A stretch of 64,000 bases of DNA, from the NCBI GenBank assembly GCA_017631085.1, contig JAGBTY010000050.1, forward strand, positions 22,780 to 86,779, written 5' to 3'. The notes under the pieces were generated by a model. It was not told where the DNA came from. It searched no databases and saw only the letters and a list, made by a program, of their open reading frames with translations. The position numbers and the translations under genes are program-made. Shown here one piece after another: positions 53,333 through 61,624 of this stretch. The DNA is from Clostridia bacterium. GTDB lineage: Bacteria; Bacillota; Clostridia; Oscillospirales; CAG-272. Within the stretch, counting starts at the first letter, position 1; each line of letters starts with the position of its first letter.

Positions 53333-56041
53333 ATGAAGAACGAAAAATGGTTTTCTTTAAGTGTTGAACAAATAGAAAAAAAATTAAAAACTAATGCCGC
53401 CTCAGGACTTTCTCCCAAGGCGGCTCGTTCTCGTTCTCAAAATAGCGATATAGAAGCCGTAAAAATAAAAGGTAAAAGCTTTAAAAATATTTTATTTGAA
53501 CTGTTTGCCGATTTTGCGTGGCTTATATTCGTTGCATCAGCTATTCTTGCATGGACATTTGGAAATATTTATTTAGGTGCATCAATTACCGTACTGTTGG
53601 TTTTAAACGCTCTTATATGCATTGGCTTTTATTATAGAAGTGAGAAGTTTGAAAAAAACATGGAAAAGCACTTTCTGCCAACGGTAAAGACAATAAGGGG
53701 CGGACGTCTATATAATCTTGATTATTCTTCACTTGTTGTCGGAGACGTAATAATCATAGAAAAGGGTGACGTCTTATGCTGTGACGCAAGACTTGTTACG
53801 TCAGAGGCATTGAATGTGACCATGCAGATAGAAAAAGACAAATATATTTCTCTTGATAAACAGGCACAAGGACGTATTGTGGAAAACGCGAATCTTGCGG
53901 AAAACCATGTAAATATGGTTCATGCGGGCTCTGTGGTGGAAGAGGGAAGTGCAAGAGGAATAGTTGTTGCCGTAGGAAAATATACATATGTTTCGGCAAA
54001 GTTTGGTACGGTATATCACGAGGCGAAGCAAACATTTCCATATGAAATAGAAAAAATGAGACGGACAAGTGCATCGATTTCTTTTTGGGTCATACTGTCT
54101 GTGTTACCCTTTTGCGTATTGAGCCTTTTACTTTCAAAGCTTACGGGCGGAGCTGCTTCGTTGTCCCTTGTATTTATAACTGCTATGTCTCTGGCGGTTT
54201 CTACTATGCCAAGACTTTTGTGTTCTCTTTGTAAGGTGTTTTTTATTTTTAATATGCAAACTCTTTTGAAAAACAAAGAAGCGGCGGCACTGCGTTCGTC
54301 ACGTATATATGACAGATTGAGTCGAGTCAAATATTTATTTTTGCTTGACGGAGCGGTACTTACAGACGGCAAACTTCATTTTGAGGGGGCTGTGGGCGCG
54401 GACGGTAATATCTTCAAGGACACAAAGCTTACGAAAACGGGACGGCAGTTAGCCGATCTTGCAGGACTTTATTATAGCGGGGAATCATCCTCGTTGAGTA
54501 CGGGAGTAAGCTCCGCAGATAAGATCCTTGTGCCACTCAAGGAATTTTTAAACGAAACGAAATGTGATATTGAAGCATTAAAAATACGCTGTAATATTTT
54601 GTCGTGCCATAACGAAAACAACAGTGTCGGAACAGATAAGATCATATATACCGACAGAGGAGCTGTGCTTGTTTTGAGTGTTTCCAAATCCGACGAAATA
54701 ATAAAAAGATGCGGTTTTGTTTGCTCGGGTGCGAGAAGGGTGGAAATTACAGAAGAAAAAAGAGAAGAGCTACGTACCATCTGTGCAGCCTTGAAAAGAA
54801 AAGGAAGCGAATATCTTATCTTTTCGACTTCTACAATGAATAGTAACGATAGTGATTCCGAAAGATGCTTTGTTGGAATCATAGCCTTCGGTGAGGGTGT
54901 TGATAAAAAAGCCGCCGAGAAGATATCAAGACTTGAAAAAAACGGTGTTAAGGTCATTTGCTTTGATAAGTGTACTGACGCAAACCAAATGCCGCTGATA
55001 CCGCAAGGCATATCATTCGAAAAAACAGTAACCCCGTATTCTTTCAGCTCGAGAAATCTTCCGCTGACATATAATTTCGGAAAATATGACAGATACCTTG
55101 GTTTTTCATCGGATGAGATCTTATTACTTCTTAAATACGCGCATAGTCACCGTATGGGTGTGGCAGTTATGGGATTCACCGATTATGCACCGCAGGTATT
55201 ATCCGAAGCAGACGTATTTATAACCTGCTCGGAAATAGATAATAAAAAGAATAAAAAAGATAAGCGAATACAGGAATCAAACGAATCACTTGGAGAGACG
55301 TCATCGGCATCGTGTATGCAGGTGATCAAGAAGGAAGCGGATATTGTCATAACAAGACCAAGTAAAGAAAATGGCGGACTCAATTCATTGATCAAGGTCT
55401 TTGTATCTGGTAAGACGATCCAAAGAAATCTTTCAAGCTTCTTTTTGTATTTGACAGTCTCCATGATGATCAGAATTGCTGCCGTCGGAATTCCGATGCT
55501 CTTTGGCTATGATTCACTTGATGCAAGACACGTGATACTTGTGTCGACAGTTTTCGATCTTTCTGCACTGACGCTATTCTGCTATGATATGTCAAAGTAT
55601 GACAAAAGAAAGACCTATGCTTCCTATGATCTTAAAAGAGAAATATTGAAAAATATTCCGATAATTACCGCGGCACTCATATCTGTGATCGTATGTATAT
55701 TCTCGCCATATCTGATTGAGCAAAGCGGAATATTCGGAGTGTATATTTACAAGATGGAATATATGCTTGTATCTTTGATCCTGCTACATATACACGTGAT
55801 TTGTTCTATAAGGTTTGTTTTGGTGAAAAGAATAAGGGAAGTCATAAAAAATAAAATATTCCTGTCACTTCTGGTTATATCATTTGCTTTATTATTAGCT
55901 ATGGGAATATTCAAAAGCTTTGGAATATTCTTTGGAATGGAAAAATTCGTGTTGTCATATACGATTGCATCAATTATTACAACATTTGTTTTTTATCCTT
56001 TACTACTTCTTTTTAATAGAATACTCAAAGCAAAAGAGTAA
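53333..56041 (+). CDS. P2-type cation-ATPase homologue with degenerate catalytic motifs (probable pseudo-enzyme)
   Basis: Cation_ATPase_N-like opening (WFSLSVEQIEKKLKTNAASGLSPKAA), an A-domain-like block (GDVIIIEKGDVLCCDARLV...NMVHAGSVVEEGSARGIVVAVG) and 8-10 TM helices. TGES is replaced by QIEK. DKTGTLT is replaced by LLDGAVLT. MITGD is replaced by CFDKC. GDGVNDAPAL is replaced by GFTDYAPQVL. Confidence 0.6.
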   Translation: MKNEKWFSLSVEQIEKKLKTNAASGLSPKAARSRSQNSDIEAVKIKGKSFKNILFELFADFAWLIFVASAILAWTFGNIYLGASITVLLVLNALICIGFYYRSEKFEKNMEKHFLPTVKTIRGGRLYNLDYSSLVVGDVIIIEKGDVLCCDARLVTSEALNVTMQIEKDKYISLDKQAQGRIVENANLAENHVNMVHAGSVVEEGSARGIVVAVGKYTYVSAKFGTVYHEAKQTFPYEIEKMRRTSASISFWVILSVLPFCVLSLLLSKLTGGAASLSLVFITAMSLAVSTMPRLLCSLCKVFFIFNMQTLLKNKEAAALRSSRIYDRLSRVKYLFLLDGAVLTDGKLHFEGAVGADGNIFKDTKLTKTGRQLADLAGLYYSGESSSLSTGVSSADKILVPLKEFLNETKCDIEALKIRCNILSCHNENNSVGTDKIIYTDRGAVLVLSVSKSDEIIKRCGFVCSGARRVEITEEKREELRTICAALKRKGSEYLIFSTSTMNSNDSDSERCFVGIIAFGEGVDKKAAEKISRLEKNGVKVICFDKCTDANQMPLIPQGISFEKTVTPYSFSSRNLPLTYNFGKYDRYLGFSSDEILLLLKYAHSHRMGVAVMGFTDYAPQVLSEADVFITCSEIDNKKNKKDKRIQESNESLGETSSASCMQVIKKEADIVITRPSKENGGLNSLIKVFVSGKTIQRNLSSFFLYLTVSMMIRIAAVGIPMLFGYDSLDARHVILVSTVFDLSALTLFCYDMSKYDKRKTYASYDLKREILKNIPIITAALISVIVCIFSPYLIEQSGIFGVYIYKMEYMLVSLILLHIHVICSIRFVLVKRIREVIKNKIFLSLLVISFALLLAMGIFKSFGIFFGMEKFVLSYTIASIITTFVFYPLLLLFNRILKAKE

Positions 56042-56052
56042 TAATAGACATG

Positions 56053-56096
56053 CCCCTTTGCATAAATTAAAAAAAATTTATGCAAAGGGGTTTTTT
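56053..56096 (+). terminator. Rho-independent terminator (16-bp perfect stem plus T6)
   Basis: CCCCTTTGCATAAATT (56053-56068), A6 loop, AATTTATGCAAAGGGG (56075-56090), TTTTTT (56091-56096). Confidence 0.85.
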
Positions 56097-56381
56097 ATGG
56101 AAAGAGTAAGCACATGGAGACTGCGTGAAAAAGATGTAATAAATCTCTGCGACGGCAGGAATCTCGGTTGCCCTGAGGACTTTGAGGTCAATGTTTGCGA
56201 TGGAAAGATCACCGCAATAATAGTAGCGAGACCGTCGGGATTTTTAGGACTTAATCACGAAAAGGATCTTATAATACCGTGGAATAAGGTAGAGTGTATA
56301 GGTAGCGATGCCATACTTGTAAAGATAATGCCGGGGGAATGTAATTATATACCGGACAGAGATAGAAGACGCAAATGTTAA
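56097..56381 (+). CDS. ylmC: PRC-barrel protein, YlmC/YmxH sporulation family
   Basis: I prefer the ATG at 56097 within track ORF 55920-56381. L..K.VIN..DG..LG...D.E......G.I.AIIV......F.....KDLIIPW..V..IG.D.ILV matches the YlmC/YmxH pattern. Confidence 0.75.
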   Translation: MERVSTWRLREKDVINLCDGRNLGCPEDFEVNVCDGKITAIIVARPSGFLGLNHEKDLIIPWNKVECIGSDAILVKIMPGECNYIPDRDRRRKC

Positions 56382-56406
56382 TATACTGTAAACTTTTGGA
56401 AAGGTA

Positions 56407-56435
56407 TTGAAATTCATATTATAATATGATATAAT
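56407..56435 (+). promoter_or_regulatory. Sigma-A type promoter of rpsB-tsf
   Basis: TTGAAA (56407-56412), 17-nt spacer, TATAAT (56430-56435). Leaves a leader of about 135 nt before rpsB. Confidence 0.5.
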
Positions 56436-56571
56436 ATCCACAATTGCGTGTTGAGAAACGCAAAAATAAAATACACACACATGAGCTGTCGGCAATGCGG
56501 TATCGTTTTGCATTAAAAAGCGATAGATTTGCTGTGCTATGTGGTGGAAAAAACCGAAGGAGGACATAAAA

Positions 56572-57327
56572 ATGTCTATTATCTCAATCAAACAGCTTCT
56601 CGAAGCAGGCGTTCATTTTGGACACCACACAAGAAGATGGAACCCCAAAATGCAGGAGTACATCTTCACAGAAAGAAACGGAATCTACATCATCGACCTT
56701 CAGAAGACAGTAAAGAAGTTCGATGAGGCTTATGCTTTCGTTCGTGACATCGCAGCTGAAGGCGGCACACTTCTCTTTGTTGGTACAAAGAAGCAGGCTG
56801 CTGAAGCAATCAAGGAAGAGGCAACACGTTGCGGAATGTACTACGTAAACGTACGTTGGCCCGGCGGTATGATGACCAACTTCAAGACCATCAAGCGTTC
56901 TATCGGTCGTCTTAACAGCCTTGAAAAGATGCAGGAGGACGGAACATTCGATCTTCTTCCCAAGAAGGAAGTTGCTGCAAAGCAGAAGGAGATCTTCGAC
57001 CTCGAAAAGAACTATGGCGGTATCAAGAACATGGATACACTTCCTGCCGCAATCTTCATAGTTGACCCCAAGAAGGAAAGAAACGCAGTTCTCGAAGCTA
57101 AGAAGCTCGGTATTCCGGTAGTTGCTATCGTTGACACTAACTGTGACCCTGACGATGCAGATTACGTAATTCCCGGTAACGACGATGCTATTCGTGCTAT
57201 CAAGCTCATTTCTGCAGCACTTGCTGATGCAGTTATCGAGGGCAGACAGGGCGAGCAGCTTGTAGAAGCAGAGGGCGAAGAGGCAGTTGAAGCAACCGAA
57301 AATGTTGAGGCTGCTGACGCAGAATAA
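56572..57327 (+). CDS. rpsB: 30S ribosomal protein S2
   Basis: I prefer the ATG at 56572 (AAGGAGG upstream). [43 protein letters not shown] and D.NCDPD motifs. Acidic C-terminal tail. Confidence 0.97.
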   Translation: MSIISIKQLLEAGVHFGHHTRRWNPKMQEYIFTERNGIYIIDLQKTVKKFDEAYAFVRDIAAEGGTLLFVGTKKQAAEAIKEEATRCGMYYVNVRWPGGMMTNFKTIKRSIGRLNSLEKMQEDGTFDLLPKKEVAAKQKEIFDLEKNYGGIKNMDTLPAAIFIVDPKKERNAVLEAKKLGIPVVAIVDTNCDPDDADYVIPGNDDAIRAIKLISAALADAVIEGRQGEQLVEAEGEEAVEATENVEAADAE

Positions 57328-57371
57328 TTAAGATCCAAAAAGTTTATATAATCAGAAAGGAAGTAATTATT

Positions 57372-58301
57372 ATGGCAAATATAACCGCTAAGGACGTTGC
57401 CGCTCTTCGTGCAAAGACCGGTATCGGTATGATGGAATGTAAGAAGGCTCTCGTTGAGGCTGACGGTGACGTTGATAAGGCAATAAAGATACTCCGTGAA
57501 AGAGGAGAACTCAAGGCAGAGGCAAAGGCAGCTACAAGAATTGCTGCAGACGGTATCGTTGATATCATGAAGGAAGGCAACGTAACGGCAATGATCGAGG
57601 TTAACTCCGAGACAGACTTCGTTGCAAAGAATGCTTCTTTCCAGGAGTTCGTTAAGAACCTTCTTAAGACAATAATCGCTAACAAGCCTGCTGACGTTGA
57701 CGCACTCATGGCTTCTCAGTATATCGATGGCACAGCAACCGTTGATGCAAAGCTTAAGGAAATGATCTTCGTTATCGGAGAAAAACTCAGCATTCGCCGT
57801 TTTGCTGTTGTTGAGGGTGTTGCAAGCACATATATCCACGGCACAGGAAGCATCGGTGTTATCGTAACCTTTGATGCTGACGAGGCTATTGCTGCAAAGG
57901 ACGAGTTCGTAGCATTCGCAAAGAACATCGCTCTTCAGGTAGGCGCATATCCTACTCCTTATCTTAACAAGGAATCCGTTCCCGCTTCTGTTATTGAGGA
58001 AGAGAAGTCGATCCTTATGGCGCAGATCGCAAACGATCCTGCAAATGCTAAGAAGCCCGCTCAGATCATCGAAAAGATGGTTTCGGGAAGAATCAGCAAA
58101 TTCTACGACAACAACTGTCTCCTTGATATGTCTTACGTTAAGGACGATGAGATCAAGGTTGGCAAGTACGTTGAGAATACCGCTAAGGAGCTTGGTGGCA
58201 ACATCACTATAACAGGCTTCTACCGTTTCGAAAAGGGCGAGGGTATTCAGAAGAGAGAAGAGAACTTCGCTGAAGAGATCGCAAAGCTTACAGGTAACTG
58301 A
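57372..58301 (+). CDS. tsf: Translation elongation factor Ts
   Basis: The opening ITAKDVAALRAKTGIGMMECKKAL.EA.GD.DKAI..LRE.G (UBA-like domain), EVN.ETDFVAKN and the dimerisation domain. Confidence 0.97.
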   Translation: MANITAKDVAALRAKTGIGMMECKKALVEADGDVDKAIKILRERGELKAEAKAATRIAADGIVDIMKEGNVTAMIEVNSETDFVAKNASFQEFVKNLLKTIIANKPADVDALMASQYIDGTATVDAKLKEMIFVIGEKLSIRRFAVVEGVASTYIHGTGSIGVIVTFDADEAIAAKDEFVAFAKNIALQVGAYPTPYLNKESVPASVIEEEKSILMAQIANDPANAKKPAQIIEKMVSGRISKFYDNNCLLDMSYVKDDEIKVGKYVENTAKELGGNITITGFYRFEKGEGIQKREENFAEEIAKLTGN

Positions 58302-58322
58302 TAATTCAGATAAAACGAAATG

Positions 58323-58356
58323 GGCTACGCAAATTGCGTAGCCTATTTTATCTTTT
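58323..58356 (+). terminator. Rho-independent terminator after tsf
   Basis: GGCTACGCA-AAT-TGCGTAGCC followed by TATTTTATCTTTT. Confidence 0.8.
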
Positions 58357-58454
58357 ACCCATTGGACGGGGAATCCTTTATAAGAGAAAAAATGCAATAT
58401 TTGTATTAATAATCAACCGAATGAAACGGTATTTTATTATATTTTAAAAAAGTA

Positions 58455-58483
58455 TTGAAAAAAAAGAGAAGTTATGATACAAT
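58455..58483 (+). promoter_or_regulatory. Sigma-A type promoter of nfnAB
   Basis: TTGAAA (58455-58460), 17-nt spacer, TACAAT (58478-58483). Confidence 0.45.
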
Positions 58484-58542
58484 TGTTTTGTATGCAATGT
58501 AATTTACGCATAAACAGTTTCATAAGGTAAAGGAAAAGTGAA

Positions 58543-59397
58543 ATGTACAAAATAGTAAAAAAGGAATTCTTGAATCCTACGGTCACACTTATGGAGATCG
58601 AAGCGCCTTTTATTGCAGCAAAAGCAGAGCCGGGGCAGTTTATAATTCTGCGTGTCGATAATGAAGGTGAAAGAATACCTCTCACTGTTGCAGGTTACGA
58701 CAGAAAAAAGGGGACTGTAACTATAATATTCCAGATAGTTGGGGCAACGACCGCCCTTTTGAATCAAAAGGCAGAAGGCGAATTTATTTCTGATTTTGTA
58801 GGGCCTCTCGGAAAAAAGACTGAAACCGACGGACTTAAAAAGGTATGTATCGTCGGAGGAGGAGTGGGTTGCGCTATCGCTCTTCCCGTTGCGCGAAAGC
58901 TTCATGAGCTTGGCTGTCACGTTACGTCTATTATTGGATTTCGCTCGAAGGATCTTCTTATTCTTGAGAAGGAATTTACGGACGTGTCGGATAAGCTTTA
59001 TATAATGACCGATGACGGCTCTTACGGCAGACAGGGTAATGTTTGTGTTCCGCTCAACGAGATGTTTGCCGAGGGAGAGAGCTTTGACGAGGTCATTACC
59101 ATTGGTCCGCTTATTATGATGAAATTTGTTGTGGCGGCAGTTAGACCTACGGGGATCCCATGTACCGTATCAATGAATCCCATTATGATAGACGGTACGG
59201 GAATGTGCGGAGGCTGTCGACTTACACTCAACAGAGATGGAAAAAAGGTGACAGAGTTTGCATGCGTAGACGGACCTGATTTTAACGGATACGAGGTCGA
59301 TTTTGACGAGGCGATGTCAAGAGGTGTAATGTACCGTGACTTTGAACGTCATGCTTACGAGGAGACCTGCAATCTTTTCTCAAAGGAGGTAAAATGA
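58543..59397 (+). CDS. nfnA: Ferredoxin-NADP+ reductase-like FAD/2Fe-2S subunit (NfnA / SudB-type partner of a GltD-like oxidoreductase)
   Basis: PGQF.ILR, R.PLT.A, VGGGVG.A and the C-terminal cluster motif DGTGMCGGCR...C.DGP. Adjacent to the GltD-like subunit. Confidence 0.8.
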   Translation: MYKIVKKEFLNPTVTLMEIEAPFIAAKAEPGQFIILRVDNEGERIPLTVAGYDRKKGTVTIIFQIVGATTALLNQKAEGEFISDFVGPLGKKTETDGLKKVCIVGGGVGCAIALPVARKLHELGCHVTSIIGFRSKDLLILEKEFTDVSDKLYIMTDDGSYGRQGNVCVPLNEMFAEGESFDEVITIGPLIMMKFVVAAVRPTGIPCTVSMNPIMIDGTGMCGGCRLTLNRDGKKVTEFACVDGPDFNGYEVDFDEAMSRGVMYRDFERHAYEETCNLFSKEVK

Positions 59398-59398
59398 G

Positions 59399-60817
59399 AT
59401 GGCTGCTAACATGTCGCAAGTGAAAAATCCGATGCCTACTCAAGCTCCTGAGGTAAGAGCTCATAATTTTGATGAGGTCGCAACAGGTTACGATGAAGCA
59501 ACTGCAATTGATGAGGCTCTCAGATGCTTGAATTGTAAAAATATGCCGTGTGTATCGGGTTGTCCGGTAAATATACATATTCCTCAATTTATCTCAAAGG
59601 TCAAAGAAGGGGATTTTGAAGAAGCATATCGCATAATAAGTGAGTCTTCAAGTTTGCCTGCGGTGTGCGGACGAGTATGTCCACAGGAAAAGCAGTGCGA
59701 AAGCAAGTGCGTAAGAGGAATAAAAGGGGACCCCGTCGGTATAGGCAGACTTGAGCGATTTGTAGCCGATTGGCACAATGCACATTCTAATGAAGCACCT
59801 ATAACAGAAGCTTCCAACGGTCATAAGGTCGCCGTTGTTGGTTCAGGACCTTCAGGACTTACGTGCGCAGGCGATCTTGCTAAAAAAGGATATAAGGTAA
59901 CCGTTTTTGAAGCGCTTCATGCTGCGGGCGGTGTCCTTGTATACGGTATTCCCGAATTCAGACTTCCCAAAGCAATCGTTCAAAAGGAAGTAGACAACCT
60001 TATTGCTATGGGTGTCGATATGGAAACTAATATGGTAATAGGCAAGACCTTGACCATAGACGAGCTTTTTGATATGGGTTACGAAGCCGTGTTTGTAGGT
60101 TCTGGCGCAGGACTTCCCAGCTTTATGGGTATACCCGGTGAATCCTTGAAGGGCGTATATTCGGCTAACGAATTTCTTACGCGTTCAAATCTTATGAAGG
60201 CATACAGAGGCGTAGCAACTACTCCCATAATGAAGGGAGGTCGTGTGGCGGTCGTAGGTGGCGGTAACGTTGCAATGGATGCAGCAAGAACGGCCTTAAG
60301 ACTTGGTGCTGAAAAGGTTTATATCGTTTACCGTCGTTCCATGGAGGAATTACCTGCGAGACGTGAAGAGGTAGAGCATGCAATGGAAGAGGGTATCGAA
60401 TTTATGCTCTTGAATAATCCCGTGGAGATACTCGGATATGAAAATTCCGAAGATAAACGTGATCCTAAAAATGGTTTTGTAACGGGTATGAGGTGTGTAC
60501 GCATGGAACTTGGTGATCCCGACGAAAGAGGTCGCAGACGTCCCGTTGAAATTAAAGGAAGCGAATTTGTTCTTGATGTGGACACGGTAATAATTTCTAT
60601 CGGTACTACACCCAATCCATTGATAAAAATGACTACAGATGGACTTGAGGTAAATCAGCGCGGCGGAATCATCGTAGAGGAAAGTACAGGCGCGACGACC
60701 AAAGAAGGAGTCTATGCCGGAGGAGACGCTGTTACGGGTGCCGCAACCGTTATATCTGCTATGGGGGCGGGAAAGGTAGCCGCTACTGCCATAGATAATT
60801 ATTTAAAGAAGAAATGA
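59399..60817 (+). CDS. nfnB: NADPH-dependent glutamate-synthase-small-chain-like oxidoreductase (NfnB / SudA type)
   Basis: Two Cys clusters (CLNCKNMPCVSGCP and CGRVCPQEKQCESKC), FAD motif VAVVGSGPSGLTCA, NADPH motif VAVVGGGNVAMD and GGD tail. Confidence 0.85.
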   Translation: MAANMSQVKNPMPTQAPEVRAHNFDEVATGYDEATAIDEALRCLNCKNMPCVSGCPVNIHIPQFISKVKEGDFEEAYRIISESSSLPAVCGRVCPQEKQCESKCVRGIKGDPVGIGRLERFVADWHNAHSNEAPITEASNGHKVAVVGSGPSGLTCAGDLAKKGYKVTVFEALHAAGGVLVYGIPEFRLPKAIVQKEVDNLIAMGVDMETNMVIGKTLTIDELFDMGYEAVFVGSGAGLPSFMGIPGESLKGVYSANEFLTRSNLMKAYRGVATTPIMKGGRVAVVGGGNVAMDAARTALRLGAEKVYIVYRRSMEELPARREEVEHAMEEGIEFMLLNNPVEILGYENSEDKRDPKNGFVTGMRCVRMELGDPDERGRRRPVEIKGSEFVLDVDTVIISIGTTPNPLIKMTTDGLEVNQRGGIIVEESTGATTKEGVYAGGDAVTGAATVISAMGAGKVAATAIDNYLKKK

Positions 60818-60840
60818 AAATTTTAGTTTAGAGGTGTAAT

Positions 60841-61551
60841 ATGATAAAACTTGTCGCTTTTGATCTTGATGGAACGTTGACACAGCACAAGACCCCACTT
60901 GATCCTAAAAACAAATCGGTTCTCGACAGACTTTCTGAAAAATATTCCTTGCTTATGGTAGGGGCAGGTCAGTGCAGAAGAATATTTAATCAGCTTGGCG
61001 GATATCCAATAAACATAATTGGTAACTACGGACTTCAGTACGCAGAGTATGACAGTGAGACCAAAGACATAAAAATTGTCAGAGACCAGATCTTTCCTGT
61101 AGATAAAGAATCTGTTTCTGAGCGTATTGAATTTGCAAGAAAAAAATACGGTTTTACGGAATATAAGGGAAAGAGTATTGAATTTCACCCTTCGGGATGT
61201 GTGACATTTCCTATAATCGGAACAGAAGCTCTTATAGAGGACAAGCTTTCTTTTGACCCCGACAGAGTAAAAAGACGTAAAATATATGACGAGATATGTG
61301 AGCTGTTTAATGACTATATCGTTTTTGTTGGAGGCTCGTCGTCATTTGATATGTCTCCAAGACCGTATAATAAATATTACGCATTGGATCTTTACTGTAA
61401 GGAGCACGGACTCACTCACGATGAGGTAGCGTTTGTGGGAGACGATTACGGAATCGGCGGAAACGACGAATCGGTATATAAATCGGATTTCAAATTTATA
61501 TGCGTAGACAATTATCTTGAACTCGAAGAGGCACTCGCAGAGCTTCTGTAA
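60841..61551 (+). CDS. HAD-superfamily hydrolase (IIB-like)
   Basis: Motif I VAFDLDGTLT and motif IV GDDYGIGGND. 236 aa. Confidence 0.75.
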   Translation: MIKLVAFDLDGTLTQHKTPLDPKNKSVLDRLSEKYSLLMVGAGQCRRIFNQLGGYPINIIGNYGLQYAEYDSETKDIKIVRDQIFPVDKESVSERIEFARKKYGFTEYKGKSIEFHPSGCVTFPIIGTEALIEDKLSFDPDRVKRRKIYDEICELFNDYIVFVGGSSSFDMSPRPYNKYYALDLYCKEHGLTHDEVAFVGDDYGIGGNDESVYKSDFKFICVDNYLELEEALAELL

Positions 61552-61562
61552 TTGAATATGAA

Positions 61563-61600
61563 AAAGCAACGCCAAAGATTTAAACCGTTGGCGTTGCTTT
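61563..61600. terminator. Bidirectional terminator hairpin
   Basis: AAAGCAACGCCAA (61563-61575) pairs with TTGGCGTTGCTTT (61588-61600). Lies between the convergent HAD (+) and LytM-domain (-) genes. Confidence 0.7.
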
Positions 61601-61624
61601 GCTATTTGTATAAAATGAAAATGT

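Noticed and set aside
57162-58397. A 411-aa ORF on the minus strand spanning the end of rpsB, the intergenic gap and all of tsf.
   Set aside because: It is exactly antisense to two highly conserved, strongly supported genes. Its product is low-complexity (rich in Cys, Ser and Leu), and I saw no obvious RBS. It is a typical shadow ORF arising from stop-poor antisense frames of highly biased coding sequence.
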